The position numbers were made by a program, and so were the translations under genes. The notes under the pieces were generated by a model. It searched no databases. It worked only from the letters and a program-made list of their open reading frames with translations, and was not told where the DNA came from. From NCBI GenBank assembly GCA_903821145.1, contig CAIJKC010000049.1:23472-87471 (forward strand): 64,000 nt of DNA, in the 5' to 3' direction. Below are positions 30,401 to 39,740 of the stretch, piece by piece; the first letter of the stretch is position 1; every line of letters starts with the position of its first letter. Origin of the DNA: an uncultured Actinomycetes bacterium (GTDB taxonomy: Bacteria; Actinomycetota; Actinomycetes; Nanopelagicales; Nanopelagicaceae).

Positions 30401-30990
30401 CACTTGAAGAGTACAACGCACTTGAGGAGCGCTTGAAGTATCTTGCAGAACAGCTTGAAGATCTGAAGAAGACAAAGAAGGATCTGCTCGAGATTGTTAA
30501 GGAAGTAGATGACAAGGTTCAAGAGATCTTCTATCAGGCCTATCTTGATACCGAACGAGAGTTTAAGGGGATCTTCGCACGTCTCTTCCCAGGAGGAGAA
30601 GGACGACTCATCCTGACCAACCCTGATGACATTATGAATTCTGGCGTCGATGTTGAAGCACGCCCACCTGGGAAGCGCGTTAAGCGCCTCTCATTGCTCT
30701 CCGGTGGCGAGCGTTCACTCGTTGCTGTGGCAATGCTCGTTGCCATCTTCAAAGCACGGCCAAGTCCGTTCTATGTGATGGATGAGGTTGAAGCAGCCCT
30801 GGATGACACAAACCTTGGCCGCCTGCTTGGTGTCTTTGAAGAGTTACGTGAACGTTCACAGCTCATCATCATTACCCATCAGAAGCGCACGATGGAGATT
30901 GCGGATGCGCTCTACGGTGTCACGATGCGCGGAGATGGTGTCTCAGAAGTCATCTCACAACGCTTGCGTGAAAACGAACCTGTTTCTTAA
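27448..30990 (+). CDS. smc: Chromosome partition protein Smc
   Basis: GPNGSGKSN Walker A, long coiled coils with central hinge, LSGGERSL signature, FYVMDEVEAALD Walker B; 1180 aa. Confidence 0.96.
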   Translation: MYLKSITLKGFKSFASSTTLNFEPGITCVVGPNGSGKSNVLDGLSWVMGEQGAKSLRGGKMEDVIFAGTSGRAPLGRAEVSVTIDNTDQTLPIDFTEVTISRVLFRNGTSEYLLNGEQTRLLDIQELLSDSGIGREMHVIVGQGQLDAILLANPEERRAFIEEAAGVLKHRKRKEKALRKLDSMQGNLSRIQDLTVELRRNLKPLGKQAEVARKASTIQSDLRDSRLRLLADDLIAIKSTLDAEVADETVLRARRDEVEAELRTVRHREEELDQISSRENPMLVQAQETFYRLTAQREKFRGIQSLASERARFLSEDADEARSSGRDPLAMEAEATTLRGEESTLKIVLSEANSALEKITLHLRELESKLALEENGVSAALRAIADQREGTARQEGHINALRSRIDATSAEISRLTAVRDEAADRLKGFRGDFAALEGDIASLDATEPDLDQRYEEAKKILNDLQRKFGSLQEEEQSAQRERSGLAARLAALEESLSHRDGGEAILSGRSGARVKGRLASLISISPGWEGAVAAALGPLADSIVVEDLGSAVSALGMLKAESGGRSELLVIEGENSSDSHSVPAGLTKISSLITTQGIDALLGALLARFVAVETLADAEAAIRLDRTLTAVTRDGDLVSRSRVWGGSAGSQSAIEINALLERTQSDLNTITARCESLTFTLATLNNELQSARTSHDLALAGLNDSDAKMAGLAEQMAVAGQNVKSAQAEVDRLSQSEREATQERSSDERDLAAAIAQFESHAEPAEPDLTHLEDLRSQVSAARSAEVEARLELRTLEGRISALTARAQSLEDSAIYERESASKAILRREQRAGAAATAQTIADTAYETLIQIEVSISKALAERQRLELARTEREGEMLAVRGRGRELALDVETLTSSVHRDEIVRAEQRLRIEALESRAMEELGVDSATLITEYGPVNDVPTFIEDEEGNWIPGDLIPFRRDQQEKRLAQAERALAMLGKINPLALEEYNALEERLKYLAEQLEDLKKTKKDLLEIVKEVDDKVQEIFYQAYLDTEREFKGIFARLFPGGEGRLILTNPDDIMNSGVDVEARPPGKRVKRLSLLSGGERSLVAVAMLVAIFKARPSPFYVMDEVEAALDDTNLGRLLGVFEELRERSQLIIITHQKRTMEIADALYGVTMRGDGVSEVISQRLRENEPVS

Positions 30991-31001
30991 GGGGAGTACC
31001 C

Positions 31002-31838
31002 GTGGCACTCTTTAGCAAACTTCTCAACAAATTCCGCTCTGGCTCTCTCACATCTGCTGATTGGGAAGAGTTTGAGAGCAATCTGATTGAAGCAGACCTT
31101 GGTGGAAAATTGACGCAGGAGATCATCACCGTTGCAAAGAGTGCGAAGCCAGACGATATTGAGTCCGAACTTTTAGGGGCACTGGCGACGAAGTTAAGTA
31201 GCGCCAATCGCGCACTTGCGATTCACCCCGATCGCACCACCACCATCCTTGTCGTCGGGGTTAATGGCACGGGCAAGACAACGTCGGTTGCGAAGATGAT
31301 GAAATATTTCAAAGATCAAAGACTCGCTGTCGTAGTAGCCGCCGCTGACACCTTCCGCGCTGCCGCTATTGATCAGATCCAAACCTGGGGTGAGCGGATA
31401 GGCGTTCCAGTTGTGGTTGGAAAATCAGAGGGCGACCCTGCATCTGTTGCCTTTGATGGCATTAAGAGAGCGATGCAAGAGCGGGCAGATATTTTCATTG
31501 TCGACACAGCCGGCAGACTCCATACAAAATCTGGTCTCATGGATGAACTTGCAAAGATTCGCCGCGTCATTGAGAAGGCTTCACCCATTGATGAAGTGCT
31601 CCTGGTCGTTGACGCGACTACTGGGCAAAATGGCATCGCCCAGGCCCAGCTCTTTACCGAGAGCGTTCAGGTGACTGGCCTGATCCTCACCAAGATGGAT
31701 GGATCGGCCAAGGGCGGCATAGCCCTCGCCATTGAAGCCCAGACAGGTATCCCGGTGAAGTTCATCGGGCTTGGGGAGTCAGCAGATGATTTGCAGCTCT
31801 TTGAGGCTGATTCCTACCTCCGGGGGCTGCTCAGCTAG
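31002..31838 (+). CDS. ftsY: Signal recognition particle receptor FtsY (NG domain only, 278 aa)
   Basis: [31 protein letters not shown] GTPase motifs; GTG start 11 nt after the smc stop. Confidence 0.92.
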   Translation: MALFSKLLNKFRSGSLTSADWEEFESNLIEADLGGKLTQEIITVAKSAKPDDIESELLGALATKLSSANRALAIHPDRTTTILVVGVNGTGKTTSVAKMMKYFKDQRLAVVVAAADTFRAAAIDQIQTWGERIGVPVVVGKSEGDPASVAFDGIKRAMQERADIFIVDTAGRLHTKSGLMDELAKIRRVIEKASPIDEVLLVVDATTGQNGIAQAQLFTESVQVTGLILTKMDGSAKGGIALAIEAQTGIPVKFIGLGESADDLQLFEADSYLRGLLS

Positions 31839-31851
31839 CGGGATTCGGGCT

Positions 31852-31919
31852 GTAACAAGGGTGTGAAGGCCAGGAATTCTTTAACCTGCCTGTAACAAAA
31901 AACGTCACTTTTTCGTAAC
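31852..31919. promoter_or_regulatory. Array of GTnAC-type pentamers at ~11-bp spacing upstream of amt (candidate GlnR-type boxes)
   Basis: GTAAC-n6-GTGAA (31852-31867), then TTAAC-n6-GTAAC-n7-GTCAC-n6-GTAAC (31881-31919); resembles the actinobacterial GlnR a-site/b-site layout. Confidence 0.4.
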
Positions 31920-32007
31920 GGTCCCAAGCGATGCTCTGCCCGTGCCCATCTGGGTCCGTTCGTTTCCTCAGTGTTGAGGCATCTCTGACAAATCTATTGG
32001 AGAGTTC

Positions 32008-33285
32008 ATGAATTTTAATACTGGCGATACCGCCTGGATCCTCGTTGCTTCAGCGATGGTCCTCTTGATGACACCTGGCCTTGCCTTCTTCTATGGTGGC
32101 ATGGTTCGTGGCAAGAATGTTCTTGGAATGCTCGCACAAAATTACGCCACCATGGGAATTGTTTCAGTTCTCTGGATCACCGGCGTCTATAGCTTGGCAT
32201 TTAGCGGCACAGGAAAGTGGATTGGTGACTTCCACCAATTTGGACTTAATCACATCTGGCAGCAAGCAACCGGATTTGAATCTCTCACGATTCCACCATT
32301 GGTCTTCTGCGCCTTCCAGTTAATGTTCGCAATTATTACTCCAGCACTCATCACAGGAGGAACAGCTGATCGTTTGAAGTTTGGCGCATGGACCATCTTC
32401 TGTGCACTCTGGCTCGTCATCGTTTACGCCCCTGTTGCACACTGGGTCTTCTCACCTAGTGGATGGCTCTTCAAGCTCGGTGCTCTCGACTTCGCTGGTG
32501 GAACAGTTGTTCACGCAAATGCCGGTGCCGCAGCACTTGCCGTCATTCTGGTTATTGGCAAGCGCAAGGGTTGGCCAAAAGAGCGGATGCGTCCGCACAA
32601 TGTTCCATTCGTACTTCTTGGTGCAGGTCTTCTCTGGTTCGGTTGGTTTGGATTTAACGCAGGATCAGCACTTTCAGCAAACACCCTCTCGGCCTTTGCC
32701 TTCATCAACACAAATACCGCAACCGGAGCAGCACTCTTGGCGTGGATTATTGTTGAGAAGATCCGCGATGGTCATGCGACAACACTTGGCGCAGCATCAG
32801 GTGCGGTTGCCGGTCTTGTTGCGATTACTCCAGCGTGCGGATTTGTCTCGCCAATGGGATCAATCGCTATTGGATTTGCGGCAGGTATCATCTGCGCACT
32901 CGCTGTCGGCTTGAAGAATAAGTTCGGCTTTGATGATGCCCTCGATGTTGTTGGAGTTCACCTCGTTGGTGGAGTACTTGGAGCCCTTCTTATCGGACTC
33001 TTTGCCACCAAGATGACAAACGCTGCAGGTAGCAACGGCTTCTTCTATAAGGGCGGTTGGACTCTGATGGGTCATCAAGTAGTGGCAGTTCTAGCTGTCG
33101 TCGCATACTCCTTCACCGTCACCTATATCTTGGCTCAGATCTTGGATAAGACCATTGGTCTTCGCGTCTCTGAAGATGCTGAACAAGCTGGCCTTGATCT
33201 CTCTCAGCATGCTGAGACTGCATACGAGAATTCGTCATACTCTGATGGTTCCCGTTTCCTCTCGAACTTCACCAAGACAAAGTAA
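32008..33285 (+). CDS. amtB: Ammonium transporter
   Basis: 11-TM Amt/MEP protein (DFAGGTVVHANAG, twin-His region); heads the amt-glnB-glnD operon. Confidence 0.95.
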   Translation: MNFNTGDTAWILVASAMVLLMTPGLAFFYGGMVRGKNVLGMLAQNYATMGIVSVLWITGVYSLAFSGTGKWIGDFHQFGLNHIWQQATGFESLTIPPLVFCAFQLMFAIITPALITGGTADRLKFGAWTIFCALWLVIVYAPVAHWVFSPSGWLFKLGALDFAGGTVVHANAGAAALAVILVIGKRKGWPKERMRPHNVPFVLLGAGLLWFGWFGFNAGSALSANTLSAFAFINTNTATGAALLAWIIVEKIRDGHATTLGAASGAVAGLVAITPACGFVSPMGSIAIGFAAGIICALAVGLKNKFGFDDALDVVGVHLVGGVLGALLIGLFATKMTNAAGSNGFFYKGGWTLMGHQVVAVLAVVAYSFTVTYILAQILDKTIGLRVSEDAEQAGLDLSQHAETAYENSSYSDGSRFLSNFTKTK

Positions 33286-33636
<351 letters not shown>

Positions 33637-33701
33637 GCGTCCTGCCTGCCTCCGTACTGGCCTCAAAGAACTATGCACCGTGGGTAAGTAGGCTTACCTA
33701 C

Positions 33702-35963
33702 ATGGGAACACGAGAGCGTCGAGACCGATCTGATCAGATCGATAGGGAGATTTCTTCTCTCTATCTCGACGCTCTTGCCATCTCCGGAATCCCTTCCGAT
33801 TCCATTGCACTTGCTGCTGTTGGCGGATATGGCCGCGGGGAGCTCTCACCCGGCTCAGATATCGATCTACTGATCCTGCATGATGGTCGAAGTGATGAGA
33901 GCGCGCTAAAAGAATTTATCAATGCCACTCTGTACCCGCTCTGGAATCAATCAAGAGCGGTAGATCATTCTGTGCGGACTCGTTCTGAAACACTCACACA
34001 AGCCCAGACCGATATACGAGTTGCGCTCGGACTCCTTGATATTCGATATATCTGCGGAGATAGAGCCCTGGTTGATGGCGTAGCCAGTGATTGCCTTGAT
34101 AACTGGATTCGCAACTTCGATAAATACAGAACCGCGCTCTACGCATCAATTACTGAACGAGAAGGTCAGTCAGGTGAGTTGGCCTATCTCCTAGAACCTG
34201 ATCTTAAAGAGGCTCGGGGAGGCTTGAGAGATATCACTGCGCTTCGGGCAATCGTGAAGAGCCAATCGGTAGAAGTCGCCTTTGATCGGGTAGCAGTAGC
34301 CGAATCGCTCTTAACAACGGTGAGAGATTGTCTCCATGAAACCTCAGGGCGAAATCGAGATCAATTGCTCCTCACAGAACAAGATGCCGTGGCAGCAGCG
34401 CTTGGATACCAAGATGCTGATGTGTTGATGTTTGAAGTTGCTAAAGCGGCGCGCTCTGTCGATTACGTTATGGATCTGACATGGCATCGCATCAATCACT
34501 CAACAAAGAGTGGGTGGTTCAAACGATCAAAGTCAGTGGATATTGGAAAGGGTCTGCAGGAGAGCAATAACGAGTTAGTGATTGAAAGTGGATTCAATAT
34601 CGTGGGGGATCCAGGGCTTGGCCTACGTGCTGCAGCGATGTCCGCGCAACGTGGAATTCCACTCTCGATTGAGGCTTGCATGGCCCTGGCTGAGAACTTT
34701 TCAGACCTGCCTAATCCATGGCCAAGACAATCTCGTGAGGATCTCGTTGCGCTCATTGGTTCGGGTTCTGCGATGGTGCAGGTCTTTGAGGCGCTCGATC
34801 AAGAGGGCATCATCGGGCGATGGATTCCAGAGTGGGAACATGTCCGATTCCTTCCCCAGCGCAATGTTCTCCATCATCACACGGTTGACCGGCATATGCT
34901 GGAGACCGCAGTTAAAGCCGCAGCTTTGACACGACAGGTGCGAAGGCCAGATCTCCTCTTAGTGGGTGCGCTCTTTCACGATATTGGTAAAGGCTTTCTT
35001 GATAAAGACCACTCTGACTATGGCGCAGAGTTGATCACTCCACTCGCGCAACGCCTTGGTTTCCCACCTAAGGATGTCGAAACCTTGGCTTGGATGGTGA
35101 AGCAGCATCTTCTGCTTCCCTCGATTGCGACACGACGCGATCTCGATGACCCACAAACTATTCAGGCAGTCTTATCACTCGTTCCTGATCCCGATTCATT
35201 GGAGCTCCTGCATGCACTCAGCATCGCCGATGGCGAAGCGACCGGTAAGTCCGCGTGGTCGGCGTGGAAGGCGGGATTAGTAGAAGATCTTGTTGATCGA
35301 ACCCTGAGCGCTATGAAGGGAGCGGCACCAGCAAAGACCTTGGAACTCACCGAAGCCCAGCTTCGCAAGATGAAGAGCGGTGAACTCTCGATCGAAATTC
35401 GTCCGCGGGAAGAGGCCTTTGAGATCGAAATCATCTCTCCAGATCGTATGGGGTTGCTCTCTGTTGTGGCTGGAGTTCTCTCTATCTCGCGGATGGATCT
35501 GCGATCAGCACGAACGCGAACAGTTGATGATGTGGCAGTCATGACATGGCTTGTTGCACTCGATGTTCATGCCGAAGCCCCACAAGAAGAACAGTTGCTG
35601 CGTGCGCTGCAACGAGCTCTCGACGGTGAGTTAGACCTGAACGCAAAGATTGATGACCGGATTCGCAATTATCGACGATTCCCAGGAATTCCTGTCCCGC
35701 CGCCTTTGGTCACTGCGACTAATGACATTGCAACTGATGCAACAATTCTTGAAGTGCGGATGCACGATCGACCAGGAGTTCTCTATAGCGTCACTAAGGT
35801 TATATCGCGCTTCGGAGTAGATATCCGAGCGGCTATTGTTGCCACACTTGGCGCAGAGGCCTTTGACACCCTCTACATCACAGATCTGCATGGGGGAGCG
35901 CTGAGCGAAGAGCGGGCAAAGACCTTGGCTACCCAAATCGAACGCCACCTCATCACGCAATAG
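33702..35963 (+). CDS. glnD: [Protein-PII] uridylyl/adenylyl-transferase GlnD
   Basis: GGYGRGELSPGSDIDL nucleotidyltransferase motif, HD domain (FHDIGKG), two C-terminal ACT-like repeats. Confidence 0.92.
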   Translation: MGTRERRDRSDQIDREISSLYLDALAISGIPSDSIALAAVGGYGRGELSPGSDIDLLILHDGRSDESALKEFINATLYPLWNQSRAVDHSVRTRSETLTQAQTDIRVALGLLDIRYICGDRALVDGVASDCLDNWIRNFDKYRTALYASITEREGQSGELAYLLEPDLKEARGGLRDITALRAIVKSQSVEVAFDRVAVAESLLTTVRDCLHETSGRNRDQLLLTEQDAVAAALGYQDADVLMFEVAKAARSVDYVMDLTWHRINHSTKSGWFKRSKSVDIGKGLQESNNELVIESGFNIVGDPGLGLRAAAMSAQRGIPLSIEACMALAENFSDLPNPWPRQSREDLVALIGSGSAMVQVFEALDQEGIIGRWIPEWEHVRFLPQRNVLHHHTVDRHMLETAVKAAALTRQVRRPDLLLVGALFHDIGKGFLDKDHSDYGAELITPLAQRLGFPPKDVETLAWMVKQHLLLPSIATRRDLDDPQTIQAVLSLVPDPDSLELLHALSIADGEATGKSAWSAWKAGLVEDLVDRTLSAMKGAAPAKTLELTEAQLRKMKSGELSIEIRPREEAFEIEIISPDRMGLLSVVAGVLSISRMDLRSARTRTVDDVAVMTWLVALDVHAEAPQEEQLLRALQRALDGELDLNAKIDDRIRNYRRFPGIPVPPPLVTATNDIATDATILEVRMHDRPGVLYSVTKVISRFGVDIRAAIVATLGAEAFDTLYITDLHGGALSEERAKTLATQIERHLITQ

Positions 35964-36001
35964 CGTTCTCAACCCAAAGTTTGGCGTTGTAGGCTCTGCC
36001 T

Positions 36002-37462
36002 GTGTTCGACAATCTCACCGCTAAGTTCTCCAGCGCCTTCTCCTCTCTACGAGCCAAGGGCCGCCTCAAGAGCGGTGATATCGATGAGATTGCCAATGAG
36101 ATTAAAGCCGCTCTGATTGAGTCGGATGTGGCACTCGATGTTGCCGAGCAATTCACGGCGAGGATTACCGAACGCTCTCTGGAGAAGCTTGAAGAGCTCA
36201 ATCGCGGAACAAATCCATCGCAAGCGATCTTCGCCATTGTTAATGAGGAATTGACTGCCATCCTTGGTGGAAATTCTCGACGTATTCAGATGGCTAAGAA
36301 GCCACCCACGGTCATCATGCTCACTGGCTTGCAAGGCGCTGGCAAAACCTCCCTTGCTGGAAAACTCGCTCTGCATTTAAAGAAGGAAGGCAATACCCCA
36401 CTTCTCATCGCCTCTGATCTTCAACGCCCGAATGCTGTTACGCAGCTGCAGACTGTTGGAGAGTCAATCAAGGTTCCTGTCTTTGCGCCCGAACCTGGCA
36501 ATGGCGTTGGCGATCCCGTCGCAGTAGCGAAGGCAGGAGTGAAGTTCGCCGAAGATAATTATCATAATATCGTCATCGTTGATACTGCTGGCCGACTTGG
36601 CGTTGATCAAGAGCTGATGCGAGAAGCGATCAGAATTCGTGATGCGGTATCTCCTGATGAAATCTTCTTCGTGGTCGATGCGATGGTGGGTCAAGATGCG
36701 GTGAGAACTGCGCAAGCTTTCCAAGAGGGTGTTGGTTTTGATGGTGTCGTACTCACCAAACTTGATGGTGATGCACGTGGTGGCGCGGCACTCTCGATTC
36801 TTGCCAAGACTGGAAAGCCAATTCTCTTCGCCTCAACCGGTGAGAAAGTGGAAGATTTTGATATCTTCTATCCAGATCGCATGGCTTCTCGCATCCTGGG
36901 AATGGGTGATATCCAGACTCTCGCAGAACAAGCCAAGCGTGCGATGGATGGTGAGACGACATCACGGTTGGAAGAAAAATTTGCTAAGGGAGAAGATTTC
37001 ACTCTCACCGATTTCCTCGCGCAGCTGCAGGCGATGAAAAATATGGGTTCTATGACGAAGATGCTTGCCATGCTTCCAGGTGCTGGTGCAATAAAGAAGC
37101 AGATTGAAAACTTTGATGAAAATGAATTGGTTCGAACTCAAGCAATTGTTGAGTCGATGACGCCTCTCGAGCGAAATGATCCAAAGGTTCTCAATGGTTC
37201 GCGCCGTGCCCGCATCGCCAAAGGCAGCGGCCGTCAGGTTTCAGAGGTCAATAACTTGGTCGATCGCTTTAGCGCTGCTCAGAAGATGATGAAGCAGATG
37301 CGCTCCGGAAAGGGCATGCCGGGCATGCCAGGTATGTCGGGTATGACGGGCATGCCATCTATGGCCGGCGCGGGCCTTCCAGCCCCATCCCACTCCAAAG
37401 TCGCGCCTAAGAAGAAGTCGAAATCAGGAAATCCAGCCAAGCGGGCTGCCGAAGAGGCTTAA
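36002..37462 (+). CDS. ffh: Signal recognition particle protein Ffh
   Basis: GLQGAGKTS, DTAGRL, TKLDGDARGG, Met-rich M domain and MPGMPGMSGMTGMP tail; GTG start. Confidence 0.96.
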   Translation: MFDNLTAKFSSAFSSLRAKGRLKSGDIDEIANEIKAALIESDVALDVAEQFTARITERSLEKLEELNRGTNPSQAIFAIVNEELTAILGGNSRRIQMAKKPPTVIMLTGLQGAGKTSLAGKLALHLKKEGNTPLLIASDLQRPNAVTQLQTVGESIKVPVFAPEPGNGVGDPVAVAKAGVKFAEDNYHNIVIVDTAGRLGVDQELMREAIRIRDAVSPDEIFFVVDAMVGQDAVRTAQAFQEGVGFDGVVLTKLDGDARGGAALSILAKTGKPILFASTGEKVEDFDIFYPDRMASRILGMGDIQTLAEQAKRAMDGETTSRLEEKFAKGEDFTLTDFLAQLQAMKNMGSMTKMLAMLPGAGAIKKQIENFDENELVRTQAIVESMTPLERNDPKVLNGSRRARIAKGSGRQVSEVNNLVDRFSAAQKMMKQMRSGKGMPGMPGMSGMTGMPSMAGAGLPAPSHSKVAPKKKSKSGNPAKRAAEEA

Positions 37463-37624
37463 CCATCAATTTGGGGTATCAGGAGCAAGATGGCAAGATT
37501 GGCCCCCTGCGGGAGGGCCCTCTACCCCAATCGCAACCGAAATCCATTATGGATGAAGATCTGACCGCTCGCTCCCACTGAGTGGAAAGTCTTTCGTCCG
37601 AATCACTCAAGGAGTACCACCTAC

Positions 37625-38191
37625 GTGGCTGTAAAAATTAAGTTGATGCGTCTCGGAAAGATTCGCACCCCGCATTACCGCATTGTTGTCGCAGATGCTC
37701 GCACTGCTCGTAACTCACGTGCAATCGAGGAGATTGGCCGTTACAACCCTGGTCAAGAGCCTTCATTCATTCAGGTTGATTCAGCACGTGCACAGTATTG
37801 GCTCGGAGTCGGCGCACAGCCAACCGAAGCTGTAGAGGCGATCTTGAAGATTACCGGCGATTGGCAGAAGCACAAGGGGCTTCCTGGTCAAGAAGGAACT
37901 CTCCGCTTTGCACCCGAGAAGCCACATAAGCGTATTGCTTACGAAGCTGCTGTTAAAGAAGCAATGGCTGAGCCAGCAGATGGCGCCACTACTGCCAAGA
38001 AGAAGGCTGCAGATAAGTTAGCTGCAAAGTCTGCTCCAGCAGTTGAAGAGGCTGTCGTTGTTGAAGCGGCTGCACCTGTCGTTGAAGAAGTTGTAGCTGA
38101 GGCTGCTGCTCCTGTCGTCGAAGAAGCTGCACCTGAAGTTGTTGCTGAAGCAGCAGCTGAGGTCGCACCTGAAGAGACTCCAGCCGAATAA
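37625..38191 (+). CDS. rpsP: 30S ribosomal protein S16 with Ala/Val/Glu-rich C-terminal extension
   Basis: [26 protein letters not shown]...; AAGGAG upstream of the GTG start; 188 aa. Confidence 0.94.
   Translation: MAVKIKLMRLGKIRTPHYRIVVADARTARNSRAIEEIGRYNPGQEPSFIQVDSARAQYWLGVGAQPTEAVEAILKITGDWQKHKGLPGQEGTLRFAPEKPHKRIAYEAAVKEAMAEPADGATTAKKKAADKLAAKSAPAVEEAVVVEAAAPVVEEVVAEAAAPVVEEAAPEVVAEAAAEVAPEETPAE
38063..38176 (+). repeat. Imperfect in-frame 36-nt tandem repeat encoding EAAAPVVEE(VVA/AAP) units in the S16 tail
   Basis: Units at 38063-38098 and 38099-38134, plus a degenerate third unit; read directly. Confidence 0.7.
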
Positions 38192-38439
38192 TGATTGACG
38201 AAGCTCTCGAACATCTCGTAAAGGGGATCGTCGACAATCCAGAGGATGTTCTCATCACTGAGAAGAATCATCGTCGTGGAACGACGCTTGAGGTTCGCGT
38301 TCACCCAGAAGATATCGGCAAGGTCATTGGTCGCAATGGACGTACTGCACGTGCACTGCGCACTGTTGTCAGCGCTATTGCTGGTCGCTCGGTCCGCGTC
38401 GATCTCATCGAGGCCGACGAGGGTTCTGGGGCTCGTTAA
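38191..38439 (+). CDS. KH-domain RNA-binding protein (YlqC/UPF0109 family)
   Basis: VIGRNGRTARALRTV GxxG loop; conserved rpsP-KH-rimM-trmD order; TAATG overlap with rpsP. Confidence 0.85.
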   Translation: MIDEALEHLVKGIVDNPEDVLITEKNHRRGTTLEVRVHPEDIGKVIGRNGRTARALRTVVSAIAGRSVRVDLIEADEGSGAR

Positions 38440-38441
38440 TA

Positions 38442-39002
38442 GTGCTCCTAGTCGTTGGCCGTATAGGCCGCGCGCATGGAGTTTTGGGCGAGGCAACTAT
38501 TGAAGTTCGCACCGATGTACCGGATGAACGGTTCTTCATCGGTGCGAAGTTATTTACTGACCCAGAGAGTGTGGGTCCACTGACAATCACCTCAGCACGT
38601 GATCACAATGGGATTTTGCTGCTCAAATTTGCAGAAGCCAACGATAGAAATACCGTGGAGAAGCTTCGCGACACCCTTCTTAAAGCCGAAGTGGATATGT
38701 CGGAGGAGAATCTGCACGAGGATGAATTTCATGTGCAGCAGTTAATAGGTTTAACGGTGGAGACTGATGAAGGAATCCATGTCGGAATCTTGACCGATGT
38801 CTTAAACCTGCCTGGCCAAGACCTCCTCTCAGTGGAGACTGAGCACGGCGAGATCCTTATTCCCTTTGTTTATGAGATCGTTCCGGAGATTGATTTAGAA
38901 AAGGGTAAAGTCATCATTGTTCCACCGCCTGGTCTGCTCAATAGTGCAGAGGCGATCGAAGCAGTGGGGGATAAAGATGGGAGTGGAGAAGAAGATGAGT
39001 AA
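38442..39002 (+). CDS. rimM: 16S rRNA processing protein RimM
   Basis: VVGRIGRAHGVLGE N-terminus, PRC barrel C-terminus, acidic tail. Confidence 0.9.
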   Translation: MLLVVGRIGRAHGVLGEATIEVRTDVPDERFFIGAKLFTDPESVGPLTITSARDHNGILLLKFAEANDRNTVEKLRDTLLKAEVDMSEENLHEDEFHVQQLIGLTVETDEGIHVGILTDVLNLPGQDLLSVETEHGEILIPFVYEIVPEIDLEKGKVIIVPPPGLLNSAEAIEAVGDKDGSGEEDE

Positions 39003-39702
39003 GCCTCGGTTTGATGTCATCTCCATTTTCCCTGAGTATCTGGCTCCATTGAGACTCTCCCTTGTTGGAAAGGCCCAGGAGAATGGGTTGATCGAGATTG
39101 GCGTACGAGATCTACGTGACTTTGCTGAAGGCCTCCACAAATCAGTCGATGACACTCCCTATGGCGGTGGCGCTGGGATGGTGATGTCACCTGAACCATG
39201 GGCACGCGCAATCGATGAAGCAGCGGCGGGTAAAGAGGGAAGCCATGAGCTCATCATCCTCACCCCTGCCGGAAAGAAATTTGATCAAGGGATGGCTTAT
39301 GAACTCGCAACCAAGGAGCACCTTATCTTTGCCTGCGGCCGCTACGAAGGTATCGACTATCGAGTAACGGAGCACTATGCCTTGCAACCAGATTTCACAG
39401 TTCGTGAGATCTCTATTGGAGATTACGTCCTTAATGGCGGCGAAGTTGCAGCTTTGGTCATCCTTGAATCCATTATTCGCCTTATTCCGGGAGTGATCGG
39501 AAATCCAGCTTCACTCGATGAAGAATCTCACTCCCTGGTGGGGGAGGATGAGGAACAACTCGTGGAGTATCCAAGTTACACAAAACCCTCAGAGTGGCGA
39601 GGGCTAGCAGTACCTTCTGTATTGCTCTCTGGAAATCATGGGGAAATCGCGCGTTGGCGCGCTGCGCAGTCAGAAATTCGTACCAAGAAACTGCAAAAGT
39701 AA
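38995..39702 (+). CDS. trmD: tRNA (guanine37-N1)-methyltransferase TrmD
   Basis: RFDVISIFPEYL, DDTPYGGGAGMVM, GRYEGIDYRV, SIGDYVLNGGE; ATG 38995 gives an 8-nt overlap with rimM and a canonical N-terminus. Confidence 0.93.
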   Translation: MSKPRFDVISIFPEYLAPLRLSLVGKAQENGLIEIGVRDLRDFAEGLHKSVDDTPYGGGAGMVMSPEPWARAIDEAAAGKEGSHELIILTPAGKKFDQGMAYELATKEHLIFACGRYEGIDYRVTEHYALQPDFTVREISIGDYVLNGGEVAALVILESIIRLIPGVIGNPASLDEESHSLVGEDEEQLVEYPSYTKPSEWRGLAVPSVLLSGNHGEIARWRAAQSEIRTKKLQK

Positions 39703-39740
39703 CTCGCGCGTAACCTACCCTCACAGGGTACCTTCCTCTT

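Noticed and set aside
32381-32914. 177-aa alternative-frame ORF inside amt
   Set aside because: It is a same-strand +1 frame within a clearly conserved 11-TM ammonium transporter, with Ser/Leu/Gln-rich low-complexity sequence.
37463-37624. 162-nt ffh-rpsP spacer with a GC-rich hairpin (GGCCC-N9-GGGCC, 37501-37519) and a 24-codon sORF (37490-37564, MARLAPCGRALYPNRNRNPLWMKI)
   Set aside because: The hairpin has only 5 bp and no T-tract. The sORF has AGGAG only 4 nt from the ATG and nothing to suggest conservation. The spacer is most simply the rpsP operon promoter and leader. I could not match it to any known ribosomal leader or riboswitch.
37939-38496. 185-aa minus-strand ORF opposite the rpsP tail and the KH-domain gene
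   Set aside because: It is antisense to ribosomal-operon genes. It is low-complexity Ala/Ser/Thr sequence produced by the GAA/GCT repeat on the coding strand.
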